DNA of 64,000 nucleotides, taken from NCBI GenBank assembly GCA_951406725.2, contig OX597824.1:6820001-6884000 (forward strand). The letters run 5' to 3'. The notes under the pieces were generated by a model that saw only the letters and a list, made by a program, of their open reading frames with translations, was not told where the DNA came from and searched no databases. Each line of letters opens with the position of its first letter. Within the stretch, counting starts at the first letter, position 1. The position numbers were made by a program, and so were the translations under genes. The stretch is from Octopus vulgaris. Its lineage: Eukaryota. Of the stretch, positions 42,101 to 54,748 are shown in pieces.

Positions 42101-42461
42101 TATTACCTCCACCTTAGTGAAGGCGGAGGTATTGTTTTCAGTTGTGTTTGTTTGTTTGAACAAGATATCTCAAGAACCGCTGGATGGATTCAGATGAAAC
42201 TTTCAGGGATGTTAGTCCTCGTGACTGACACAAACTCATTAGATTTTGGGATCAATCCAGTACCAGACAAGGATTCTGGATTATTTTTCCAGTTTTTTTT
42301 TACTTAATTTTTTAGAGCAGTAGGGTTCATTTTTAGCATTCTCCTTTGTGAGAGCAGTCAAGCTTATTTCAGATATTCTAAGTTTAAAAATCATCTCCGA
42401 CTAATTGTTGAGAGGACATTGGTACTGCCTTGGCAGAGGTTTGCACTCTCTGAATGCTCTT
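42101..42461 (+). mobile_element. Non-autonomous Helentron-type element (HINE/DINE-1-like)
   Basis: 5' acctccacct..aggcggaggt inverted pair, (GTTT)n tract, 3' ggcagaggt subTIR and terminal hairpin gcactc-tct-gaatgc. Confidence 0.7.
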
Positions 42462-42462
42462 A

Positions 42463-42506
<44 letters not shown>

Positions 42507-42774
42507 TTGGATGATAAACTTAACTGTTCCTTTCATATTTAAACCATGTATTTTCAACAATCAACAGGAATCAACTAACCAACACAAGCTGTTCTGTTTT
42601 TATTAATTAAAATAATGCAAAACTTGTCGCTGCTTATCTCTTCCCCATCATCATCCCTCACAAGGAAAATTATTTTTAGGAAATTCACGCAAATTCAATA
42701 AATACGCATGCTTCAAAGAGGCAAATGTGTTCTGGTTTTTACACACGGGATATTTTCAGTCATTCTTTCTCATG

Positions 42775-42788
42775 TAATAATAATAATG

Positions 42789-42843
<55 letters not shown>

Positions 42844-42854
42844 TGTTGATGATG

Positions 42855-42905
<51 letters not shown>

Positions 42906-43232
42906 TAATAATAATAACAATAATAATAATAATAATGATAATAATAATAGTAATGATGATAATAATAGTAATGATAATAATAATAATGATGTTGATGATA
43001 ATAATAATAATAATAATAATATTATAATAATATTAATAATAATAATAATAATGACATTCATAATGATAATAATAATAATAATGATAATAATAATAATGAT
43101 TCTGATGATGATAATAATAATATAATAATAATAATGATACTAATAATAATAATAATGATGATGATGATGATAATAATAATAATAATAATGACAATAATGA
43201 TGATGATGACGATGATAATAATGATGATGATA
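42775..43232. repeat. (AAT)n/(GAT)n microsatellite, ~460 bp
   Basis: Directly visible. Confidence 0.95.
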
Positions 43233-44399
43233 AAATTTCTGACACAAAAACAAATAAGAATTTCGGAAATATTGGGAAATTACAGTGCGACATTGTACCT
43301 AAACATGTGAAACAATCAACTTTGAACAGCTGAGTGTAGGAGAGAAGTGAGATGTTATTATATACACTTGGTTTACCTCAAGTTCACATGTAGGAATTTC
43401 TTAACATGTACCGACTGACACTGACAACGTTTTACATCAAATGTAACAAAATGAAATTATTTCGCAGCAACAAACACCCACATGCTGTACCACAGAGTTT
43501 GTTTGTGAGTATGCAATAAAAAAAAAGATTAAAAAAAAAACAAATACACAAGCAAGAAAACAACAGCAAAAAAATGTTTTATTGTCAATTGACAGATAGT
43601 CTCTGCATTATTAACAATTCTTGATCAATTACAGTAGACTTAACGAAGCTACACAGTTAATAACAGTAGGAAGAATTTGGTAAAAAAAAATAACAAAACC
43701 ACATTAGCGTAGCTTTTGTTTTTCTTTTTGCATGAAAGACGTTTAGCAAATTTAATTTTGGGGTTTTGATTTCAAGCCTGCTCTTAGAACTTTTGTAGCA
43801 CATCAAGACTTCTGTTTTGTATTTTTGTTTCAGAACTGCATTTTCAAACTTTACCAATTTGGTGCATATGAACTACACATAATAGAACCATAGATGAAAA
43901 TCAGAGAGGGTGTTGGAGTCATTGCCATCATCATCTCAAGTTGGTTTTCCAAGATGGCATGGGTTAGAGAGATCCTCACAATTTGAGTCAGCACTTTCTC
44001 ATTTGGGGTTACACCTCTCCTAGCTGTGGTCACAGGACCATGTCTCACTCCTTTGCTTTTATTTTGACATGATTTCCACAGCTAGATGCTTCTTCTTCTT
44101 ACAGAGAGTATTTGGTGCATTATTTTCATGGCACTAGCATTTGAGAGAGTATTTGTCTGCAATCACTAAGCATACAAAAGAAGCAATCTTCAAAATGGTT
44201 AGTCAGTTCTCTCCAGACTCATGATACACCACAATTCATTCTTTTTCCGGTTATTTCCAATTTATGATGCAAACTTGACAGGCAGAGTAAAGGACTCATG
44301 GATTCAAGTGATTACCTGATGCCCTTCCAAAAGTAGGTGAAATAGGTTCTTCTAATACAACCGGTAAGAAGGTACTGTTATTTTGCTCTGGCAAAGGAT

Positions 44400-44690
44400 C
44401 ATCATCATTTAACGTCTGTTGTCCATGCCGGCATGGGTTGGATGGTTTGACTGGGGCTGGTAAACTGGGAGGCTGCACCAGACTCCAATCTGATTTGGTA
44501 TGGTTGTCTACGGTTGGATACCCTTCCTAATGCCAACCATTCTAAGAGTGTAATAGGTGCTTCTATGTACCACCAGCATGGGTGCCATTTGCGCGACACC
44601 AGTATCTGCCACTGGTGCAATTTTGCTTGGCTTGATGGGTTTTCTTCTCAAGCATGACATAATACCAAGGATCTTGGTCATCGCCTCTGT
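44400..44690 (-). mobile_element. RTE-related 3' end
   Basis: (CAT)n tail and ggatacccttcctaatgccaac terminal domain. Confidence 0.75.
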
Positions 44691-44856
44691 GAGACCTGTA
44701 ACAAAACATATCCTAGGGTGTGCGTCTACTTTCTACACACCTTGATAGTAACTATATCAGATACCAAGCTTAATAAAGTAATGACAGACTACCCGGAAAT
44801 ACATTGTAAGACTTAGCTGTGGTTAGACCTGAATACTTGAAGACACTACCAACTAA

Positions 44857-45210
44857 CATTATTTACATTTGATGGATATTTATCCACATCTTGTTTGTTG
44901 TTAACACAATGTTTCAGCTGGTATATCCTCCAGCCTTCATCAGGTGTCTTGGGGAAATTTCGAACCTGGGTTCTCATTCCTAAGCTATTTTTCAATGTTA
45001 TTTTTTTTTAATCGCTGCTGCTGCTGCCATTATTATTATTATTATTATTCAGGTCAGTTCCTGGAATCGAACTTGGAATCTTGGGGTTAGTAGCCCATGC
45101 TCTTAACCACTACGCCATATGCCCATTTGTTAACAACAAACAAGATGAGGAGAAATATCCGTCAAATGTAAACAATGTATATAATTCCTCATCTCTTAAA
45201 TATAGAACTG
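44857..45210 (-). mobile_element. tRNA-headed SINE with hammerhead-ribozyme-like tail, inverted terminal segment and 13-bp TSD
   Basis: TSD cactaccaactaa (44844-44856 / 45211-45223); A box TGGCGTAGTGG; B box AGTTCGATTCC; CTGATGA...GAAAC at 44904-44947; 45129-45178 is an inverted copy of 44857-44905. Confidence 0.75.
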
Positions 45211-46163
45211 CACTACCAACTAATGTTAAAATAAGAAGGAAGCATACATCTGTAGTTGTCTAGGTTAAGACACAAACCAGCTAGGAAAACTGACCAAGAA
45301 ATAAGACATTTGGAAGAGTTCGCACATTTCCAGAACCTTTCAACATATACAAGTTATTCTGCATGAAGAATTTATCAGCTTCTCATTGGTTCTGAGCAAA
45401 TAATTATCAGCTAAAAACCAACACCAGAAACTTGTTTATGGGGTTAATGTGGAAAACATTTTTTTGCCTTTTTTCAGCACTCTACACTTTATGCTGATGT
45501 AAATATCTGTCTTTATTAAAAGCCTATTATTTTACAATATTGGTCGGTAATTCTTTCAGCATAAAAGAGCAACTAGGAGGTTGTGACAAATAGATTTTGA
45601 AAGAATTTAACTGAACTTCCCTCCCCACAAAAAAGGGAAAGAAAAAGCACCTGGTAGATATTTACTTGGATTGTAGACTAATAAAAGAAGTTATTCCATC
45701 AGTAATTTACCAAATTGCTCCAAAATGGGTGCCTTTGCATTGCAGGCCTATGATGTTTAGCAAACTAAATGGATGTGATTATGCAGGAACTTGTGTTATA
45801 GATGAATTTAGCACCCTCGTATTAGCCCAGAACTTCCTTCGCCATCAACACAGCAGAATTATCATAGGCTACTATAACAAAGTGTAATAATGTTATATTA
45901 GACAGGACCAGATTTTGGTAACTATTTTCCAATTTAAGTATTACAGACAGCAAAACAAAGAAAAAAAGGAAATCTTCTCTAACCCTTTCAATACCAACCT
46001 CACCCAAATTATTTCTATTAAAGTGTTCATATTTTAAATTTAAATCTTGAACCAAAATTTCATTATTACAAAGCTGTCTGATAAGAAGCTTACTTTCCAA
46101 TCACATGATTTTAAAATCAGTTCCACTGCAAAGGCACATCAAGCAAATATCTTCTACGAAAGC

Positions 46164-46272
<109 letters not shown>

Positions 46273-46406
46273 GTGTATGTATGCATTTGTGTATCTGTGT
46301 TTGTCTCCCCAACATCGCTTGACAACCGATGCTGGTGTGTTTACATCCTTGTAACTTAGTGGTTCAGCAAAAGAGACCAATAGAATAAGTACTAGGCTTA
46401 CAAAGA

Positions 46407-46496
<90 letters not shown>

Positions 46497-46499
<3 letters not shown>

Positions 46500-47672
46500 G
46501 GTGCTGGTGACACGTAAAAGCACCGTCCGTTCGTGGCCGTTTGCCAGCTCTGATGGCCCTGTGTCGGTGGCACGTAAAAGCACCATCCGTCCGTGTTCGT
46601 TGCCAGCCTCGGCTGGCCCCCGTGCCGGTGACACGTAAAAGCACCGTCCGCTCGTGGCCGTTTGCCAGCTCTGTCTGGCAACCGTGTCGGTGGCACGTAA
46701 AAGCACCATCTGTTCGCGTCCGTTGCCAGCTCTGTCTGGCCCCGTGTCGGTGGCACGTAAAAGCACCATCCGTTCGTGGCCGTTTGCCAGCTCTGTCTGG
46801 CCCCGTGTCGGTGGCACGTAAAAGCACCATCCGTCCGTGTCCGTTGCCAGCCTCGGCTGGCCCCCGTGCCGGTGACACGTAAAAGCACCATCCACTCGTG
46901 GCCGTTTGCCAGCTCTGTCTGGCAACCGTGTCGGTGGCACGTAAAAGCACCATCCGTTCGCGTCCGTTGCCAGCCTCGGCTGGCCCCCGTGCCGGTGACA
47001 CGTAAAAGCACCGTCCGTTCGTGGCCGTTTGCCAGCTCTGTCTGGCCCCGTGTCGGTGGCACGTAAAAGCACCATCCGTTCGTGGCCGTTTGCCAGCTCT
47101 GTCTGGCCCCGTGTCGGTGGCACGTAAAAGCACCATCCGTCCGTGTCCGTTGCCAGCCTCGGCTGGCCCCCGTGCCGGTGACACGTAAAAGCACCATCCA
47201 CTCGTGGCCGTTTGCCAGCTCTGTCTGGCAACCGTGTCGGTGGCACGTAAAAGCACCATCCGTTCGCGTCCGTTGCCAGCCTCGGCTGGCCCCCGTGCCG
47301 GTGACACGTAAAAGCACCGTCCGTTCGTGGCCGTTTGCCAGCTCTGTCTGGCCCCGTGTCGGTGGCACGTAAAAGCACCATCCGTTCGTGTCCGTTGCCA
47401 GCATCGCCTGGCCCCGTGCCGGTGACACGTAAAAGCACCATCCGTTCGTGGCCGTTCGCCAGCTCTGTCTGGCACCTGTGCAGGTGGCACGTAAAAAACA
47501 CCCACTACACTCGCGGAGTGGTTGGCGTTAGGAAGGGCATCCAGCCGTAGAAACACTGCCAGATCTGACTGGGCCTGACGAAGCCTTCCAGCTTCACAGA
47601 CCCCAGTTGACCCGTCCAACCCATGCTAGCATGGAAAACGGACGCTAAACGATGATGATGATGATGATGATG
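46497..47672 (+). mobile_element. Young RTE 3' end with expanded ~61-bp tandem array (17 core motifs)
   Basis: GGTG(G/A)CACGTAAAAGCACC recurs every 60-62 bp from 46506 to ~47492, followed by the terminal domain and (GAT)n. Confidence 0.9.
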
Positions 47673-47679
47673 ATATAAG

Positions 47680-48160
47680 CAAAATCAAAATCAAAATTGC
47701 TGACGTGGCCGATGACAGTATTGCCTGATTGGCACTCGTGCCAGTGGAATGTTAGAAGCACATCTGTGCGTGATCATTGCCAGGGCCGCAGATTGGCTCA
47801 TGTGCCAGTGGCATGTAAAAAGCACCATTCGAGCACGATCGTTGCCAGCATCGCCTTACTGGCACATGAAAAACAACATTCAAGTGTGGTCGTTGCCAGT
47901 GCTGCTGGACTGGCTGCCGTGCAGGTAGCGCATAAAAAACAACTTTTGAGCGTGATCGCTGCCAGAACCACCTGACTGGCCCTTGAGCCAGTGGCACATA
48001 AAAGTACCCACTACACTCTTGGAGTGGTTGGCATTAGGAAGGGCAGATTAGATTGGAGCCTGGTGCAGCCATCTGGCTCGCCAGTCCTCAGTCAAACCGT
48101 CCAACCCATGCCAGCATGGAAAGCAGATATCAAATGGCAACAACAATGATGATGATGAGA
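47680..48160 (+). mobile_element. Older RTE 3' UTR with ~5 units
   Basis: Diverged units plus terminal domain. Confidence 0.8.
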
Positions 48161-49302
48161 TATATATATATACACCCAGGCCTATTACCCATTTTTGTTT
48201 AGTGGGGGTTAGCCACAACAAGACAAACACCAGGTATTCCATTCATTTCCCAGCTCAACAAAACTAAAATCGTTTTATTTCTGTAATGAATTTCAAAGTC
48301 TCATTCACCACAATCAAACTTCTGATCCACAGGCATTCTGTCTCCTCTCTACACTTTTTCCATTGCGACATTTTATACTGGGACCTTTTATACTTTGACC
48401 TCTGTTCCTGACTGATCTTGAACCATTTACACCTACACATTCATTTCTCGTATTATGTACCCATCACCTCATCTCTATGGCCTACACTGACCCCTATGCT
48501 TGATGACTGCTCCCTTGAATTTCAGCCCAATGGAGTTCCATCATTCGTGGCACATTTTTTTTTTCAAGCAGCCATCAACCACTTATATCATTAATCATGC
48601 CGAGTTCACCTGTTTCCAAAAGTCACACAATCTATAAAAGAGCCCTACCCCTCCAGACCAAAACCAAACCAAACACACAAAAAAAGGAAAAATCCAGAAA
48701 AAAAATTGGTTTCATATGGAATTCCAAAGAAATCAATTAAACTATGTTATATAAAAGCTTAAATTCTTGAACATAAATTTCAGAAAATTATTTTTTGGAT
48801 TATCTTGAAATCTAGGAGCAAATTCGCTGCTCAACAAGCAAAGAAACAATTTCGGTGTCATCTCTTTTCCAATAAAGTAAATTAGCTTAATTAGCATAAA
48901 TTAATTAGCGTAAATTAATCATACCTTAATAATGATTTTTTTCAGTTATTATCAGATCATCATAGGAAATAAAGCTTAACAATATGATAATAAATGATTA
49001 TAGTAATAAAGAAGCAATAAAAATGACCTGAACTGTTTGAATAAAAGATGCAGGCATAAATCATAATCATCATCATCATAGTTTAACGTCCGTTTTCCAT
49101 GCTAGCATGGGTTAGACGGTTCAACTGGGGTCTGGGAAGCCAGTAGGCTGCACCAGGCTCCAGTCTGATCTGGCAGTGTTTCTACAGCTGGATGCCCTTC
49201 CTAACGCCAACCAATATTAATTCATAAATATTCTGGATAGCAAAATCAACAGGAATTTTATCCAGTTTTGGTTTTACAATCAGGAAATCAATAAAAAAAA
49301 TT

Positions 49303-49466
49303 TGGAGTGGCTGCGTGGTAAGTAGCTTGCTTATGAACCACATGGTTTCGGGTTCAGTCCTACTGCGTGGCACCTTGGGCAAGTGTCTTCTACTATAGCC
49401 TCGGGCCAACCAACCAAAGCCTAATGAGTGGATTTGGTAGACGGAAACTGAAAGAAGCCTGTCGTA

Positions 49467-49509
<43 letters not shown>

Positions 49510-49720
49510 GTGTATATGTTGTGTATCAGTGTTTGTCCCCCCAACATCACTTGACAACTGATGCTGGTGTGTTTAGGTCCCCGTAACTTAGTGGTTCGGC
49601 AAAAGAGACCAATATAATAAGTACTAGGCTTACAAAGAATAAGTCCTGGGGTCGATTTGATTTGACTAAAGAAGGTGCTCCAGCATGGCCACAGTCAAAT
49701 GACTGAAACAAGTAAAAGAG
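49303..49720 (+). mobile_element. SINE family A
   Basis: Full-length layout. Confidence 0.87.
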
Positions 49721-49859
49721 TCACTCTAAGAGTTGAACGAATTTGACCCTTTAGCATTTAAACCGGACATATCTGGCCAAAATATTCTACTTGTTTTAAG
49801 TTAAAACTGACCAGATCCAACCTCTTACACTTACCCTACCATTCTCAAAATATAAAATC

Positions 49860-50600
49860 ATGCGGTAGACCCAGGAAGACCTGGAGCGAGGTGGTGAAGC
49901 ACAACCTTCAAACATTGGGCCTCACCGAAGCATTGACTAGTGACCGAGATCTTTGAAGATATGCTGTGCTTGAGAAGCCCCAGCAAGCCAAGTGAGACCA
50001 TAACCCGTGGCCTATGACTTGTGTATAACCAGCCCACTTATGAGTATCCTTCATTCATTGGACAATAAACTTTGCTTGCGAAGACCTGTCGAGGCAAGTG
50101 AAATTACAATCAAAATCACTGACATGGCCGATGACAGTACTGCCTGAATGGCACCCGTGCCAGTGGAATGTTAAAAGCATGATTGTTGCCAGGGCTGTTG
50201 ACTGGTTCCCATGCCAGTGAAATGTAAAAAGCACCATTCAAGCATGATCATTGTCAGTGTCGCCTTACTGGCACCTGTGCCGGTGGCACATAGAAAAGAA
50301 CATTCAAGCGTGGTCATTGCCAGTGCCGTCAGACTGGTTCCTGTGCAGATGGCAAGTAAAAAACACCATTAGAGCATAGTCATTGCCAGTACCACCTGAC
50401 TGGCCCTCATGCCGGTGGCACGTAAAAGCACCCACTACACACTTGGAGTGGTTGGCATTAATTAGGAAGGGCATGTAGAGGTAGAAACTTTTCCAGATCA
50501 GATTGGAGCCTGGTGCAGCCTCCTGCCTCGCCAGGACTCAGTCAAACCGTCCAACCCATGCCAGCATGGAAAGCAAGTGTAAAACGACGATTATGATGAT
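49860..50600 (+). mobile_element. 5'-truncated RTE-clade LINE: ORF end plus 3' UTR array plus tail
   Basis: GRPRKTWSEVVKHNLQTLGLTEALTSDRDL*RYAVLEKPQQAK* is an RTE-type C-terminus, contiguous with the tandem units and the (GAT)n-like tail. Confidence 0.85.
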
Positions 50601-51075
50601 CATCATCATTGCAATATTGAAGCTACAGGACAATGACTGAGAAATTCCAAACAATGTAAATAAATAAGCACTAAACTGGACAAAAATCTGAATGCTAAAG
50701 GCTTAAAGTCAATCTCAAAGAAATAAGTACGTAAAACTTAAAGCCATCATCATTTCAGATATGCTTCCCATATTGGCACGATGGTCTGGATGGTTTGACG
50801 GGATCCAATGGATTAAGGGACCACATCTCAGTTTTGGCCAGGGTTCCATGGATGGACACTCTTCCTAATGTCGACCATTTTCTAGAGTATACTAGAGCAT
50901 TTCCTGACACTGGCACAAGTGAGGTGGCTTTGTAATGTCCAAAATTTAAGAGCTCCTTGACTGAGAGAGAGAATAAAAGGGAGGAGAGGGGTATATGTGT
51001 GAGGGGTCAAGAAATTCAAAGTATGATAAGATGTAAAAAAAAACCATCACAACGTCTACTTCTTTTAATCATCAT

Positions 51076-51110
<35 letters not shown>

Positions 51111-51524
51111 TACACTCACGGAGTGGTTGGTGTTAGGAATGGCATCCAGCTGTAGAAACACTGCCAGATCAGACTGAAGCCTGGTTCAGCCTCCTGGCTT
51201 CCCAGACCCCAGTCGAACTGTCCAATCCATGCCAGCATGGAAAACGGACGTTAAACAATGATGATGATGATATATACATTTTAAAATAATCTGTGACCAG
51301 ACTCTTCTTTAAAAGCACTGCCCACACATGTCATGGCTTTAGAAATTGTTAAGAATTTCAACAGAATAGATTTAGTAAAAAGAACTAAGTCTTCTGTAAT
51401 TGAGATGATGTCTGGAACATAAATAAAATAAAAAACAGTTCTTGAAGAAAATAATGAATGAAGATATTAAACTTAACGGGTCATTTTGGATTATTGAACT
51501 CATGGCTAACTTAGATGGTATTAA

Positions 51525-51875
51525 CCCTTTTGATGCCACATCCAGACTAAAACTGCCCCTGGTCTTTTGGTGCAAAATTCTTTGTTTAAAAGTGATTTAA
51601 ATTTAATCATTCAATGAACATTTCCTAATTTATATTCCAAGCCTCAAATTAACATTTTTGTTACACTGTTTCTGTTGAAATACACAATCCTTATTTCAGC
51701 TAATTTTCAAAAATAATGACAAGTTTCCTAAAATAACATTGTCATTATTAAGCTGTATTTAGAACATAATTTAATTTGAAATTTTAATGGGAAATCTTAA
51801 CCTAGATGAATTTAAAACAGGAATTTGGTATCATAGAATCAGGAATAGTCTCAAGAGGGTTTGGTGTCAAAAGGA
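51525..51875. mobile_element. Degraded piggyBac-type MITE
   Basis: TTAA-CCCTTTTGATGCCA...TGGTGTCAAAAGGA-TTA termini. Confidence 0.55.
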
Positions 51876-52004
51876 TTAGGAATGACAAAGTTATTCTACA
51901 TAATTCTTCATTATTTGAAATTATTTGAAAGAAAGACAATATATTTCAACAGAAATATGGTGAGAAAAAGATCAAATAATTAGGGAAAAACAAAAAAAAA
52001 GGAA

Positions 52005-52220
52005 TTACGGAGATGTACTTGCATAGCAAGTGATTTGATCTGAGATCGTGTGCTGAAACGAAAACAATTGCAGCGTGGAAGGTGTTTGTAAGCCATTTAA
52101 GAAACCCATAGCATGGATTTTTGTCAGTGAACAGGTCGCAGTCTTAAAGCGACAAAAATATTTTGACAAATTAAACTTAAATGTTGAAGTGAATCGAACG
52201 GCTTTTGTGTGTTTCTTAAA
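52005..52220. mobile_element. Unclassified repeat with an internally inverted half (same family as 57260-57462)
   Basis: 52005-52105 is the reverse complement of 57365-57463, whereas 52110-52220 is co-oriented with 57264-57372. Confidence 0.75.
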
Positions 52221-52274
52221 AAAAATAGGAATTAAAAAGAAACAAATTTCAAGGGTCATAATAAACTCCCTTAC

Positions 52275-52538
52275 TTGCCAAAGTACTTTTTTCCATGTAT
52301 CTTTCTGAAGCAAACTGCCATGAGCGGAAAGGGTTGAAAATAATGTTTGTCCAGCACTTTTCCGTGTAGCTGGCCGTTGGTCAACACACAGTTCGCCAAG
52401 CTTAGAGAAGAGACACATCCATAGACTATCAAACGGTAGCATGGCGGCATTGGGCTGGTCCTCCGATTGTCCAGAGTCTCCACCCAACTCCTGCTGGATC
52501 TTATTACGGTTCTGGTAGAAATAGTCAGCAATGTTCCA
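52275..52538 (-). CDS. MON2: MON2 internal coding exon (264 bp)
   Basis: WNIADYFYQN...FDSLWMCLFSKLGELCVDQRPATRKSAGQTLFSTLSAHGSLLQKDTWKKVLWQ, with the MON2 LGELCVDxRPAxRKSAGQTLFST motif. Acceptor tttCAG|TGG, donor CAA|GTAAGG; phase 0/0, in frame with both neighbours. Confidence 0.96.
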
Positions 52539-53294
52539 CTGAAATGAAAAGGAAATTGAACAGACATACTTTAATGCATGGCGCTGAATTTGAGCATAAA
52601 ACGGCTGCATTAGAAATGAAGAAAAGCAGACCATAAAACTTTTTATCTTGTAAAATCTGAATTAAATTTAGAAGAATGCAACAGCAAGAAATGTCAGATT
52701 ATTCAGATGGGAATCAACAATTTATACACCCTCATAATTTATAGTTTATATATTACTATAATTTATACAGCTCATCCTGTGATTGCTTAGCTATCTACAT
52801 ATTCGGTTACCTTGTGGGATTATGTACATTGTATGCGCTCAGTGTAAAGCCTGGCTGTTTGCATGCATTCGTTTATGGGTGTGCAGCAGAACACATGCAT
52901 ACACACATGTCAGTGTACATCAACACACACACACAAATGCGATTCTGAATATATTGAACGCAAACTAATGGGAATATGTATATATATATATATATATACT
53001 CAATAACAATTAGCTTAATGTATACGACTGCGCACGTGCGTGTGAATGTATATATGCGTGCGTAAGTATATAGGTAATAGGTAGGTGCACAGACATCTGT
53101 GCGTGTACGCAGCCGCATGTGCATAAATAATTTAAAAGCTATCAAATGCAAACTACTGGGGATTAACGATAATGAAAATAGGAAATATAACGAAGAAACA
53201 TAAATCAGAGATAAGGAACAGCATCGAGTGATAATATCGTGTAACAATAGAAGAGCAAGTGTTTGTGATGGGCAAGGAGAAGATGGGCACCCAG

Positions 53295-53708
53295 GCACGT
53301 ACACACAGACATAAACACTCACACACACACACAGAAACACAAACACACATGCACATACAAACATACAAACAAACGCACACATACAAACGTACACACAGAA
53401 ACACACGTGCACACTCACACATACAAACATGCACACAAACACACACATACACACAAATGCACACACACACAAACACACACATACAAACACACACACAGAA
53501 ACGCACATGCACATGTAAACACACACGCACACACATAAACAAACACGCACACAAAGACATACAAACGCACACACATCAAACACATTCAAACACACACACA
53601 AACACAAACACACACATAAACACACACAAATACACATGCACACAAACACACACAAATACACAAACACACACACACACATGCACAAACACACACATACAAA
53701 CAACACAG
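53295..53708. repeat. Degenerate (CA)n microsatellite
   Basis: Directly visible. Confidence 0.9.
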
Positions 53709-54026
53709 ATATTAAGATACCGTCTAATATACTTTGCATCCAAATAAACAGTGAAGCCCAGCTTATTCCACAGTCAGCAACCACTGACCCACTTCCCTCA
53801 CACTAAATCTGATAACGTTTGGCGTTTGTTTTCTTTCTCGGTTTTCTAACCGGATACCAGATTATTTTCTGATGTATGTCTGAAGCAATCACTGATTTAC
53901 AGATACAATGTAAATGAAACGACAGCAAATTGGACAAATGGTTTTAGAATATCTTTTTTTTATAAATTTTTTTTTTTTTTTTTTAATGGCAGGTTGGTGT
54001 ACAATTGATTAGGAAACATGACACAG

Positions 54027-54187
54027 AGGTGTTAAAACGTATCACAAAATTAACAAAACTGATCATATACAATGTCAGCAAAATCACTACACACACACAC
54101 ACACACAAACACACACATTTATATATATATAATGATTTTGCTGTCATATGATCAGTTTTGATAATTTTGTGATCTTTTTAATACCTG
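54027..54187. repeat. Imperfect inverted repeat around a (CA)/(TA) core
   Basis: atcacaaaattaacaaaactgatcatat...cagcaaaatca versus tgattttgctg..atatgatcagttttgataattttgtgat. Confidence 0.75.
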
Positions 54188-54383
54188 TCTATCTATATGT
54201 TTATATAGAGATAGATCGCTAGACACTACACATTCTTTATTTTCTCTCCTTGTTTCTTTCTGTGGAAGAGCATAAGCTCGAAATGTTAAAGACTTTTTCA
54301 CTTCCCGAACTTTAAACTAATACATCTGTTTGTTATCTACACCACCTGTCTTCGTCTTTTGTTTTTTTTTTTGTGACTTCTCC

Positions 54384-54427
<44 letters not shown>

Positions 54428-54748
54428 CAATAAAAATAAAAGGGCAAATTTAATTAATTAATTAATCAATTAATTAATTAAATTTTACCAAGCAGTTCAG
54501 TCGCTTAAAATAACCTTTTTAGTTAAAATCATACGAATATTCTATAATTATGTACATAATTATAATCACCATGCACCGAATTTAGAAATAGGAGTTAAAA
54601 TTCCCTTTCTGCTACCGTAAAGATCTCCCAGACAGTGACACGCTCTTTTACGTAAGCAAAAAGAAAAATTAACAAATCCACATGACTCAGATTAGCTACA
54701 TACATGTTTTGAGATTAAAGTAAATTGTTTCTCTATTATATATTTTAA

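Noticed and set aside
45052-45123. tRNA gene candidates (also 18055, 28232, 56600, 61430)
   Set aside because: A/B boxes are present but the acceptor stems are incomplete, and each continues into a SINE body.
46497-47492. CRISPR-like array (constant partly palindromic motif at regular spacing)
   Set aside because: The intervening segments are near-identical to each other rather than unique spacers, there are no cas genes, the context is eukaryotic, and the array is contiguous with an RTE 3' end.
46364-47619. Three long overlapping minus-strand ORFs (354-403 aa)
   Set aside because: They arise from a stop-poor tandem repeat plus (TA)n, are open in all three frames and have no protein-like content.
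52005-52634. 209-aa ORF as a stand-alone gene
   Set aside because: Only 52275-52538 is MON2-like and bounded by splice sites; the rest is intron and repeat read-through.
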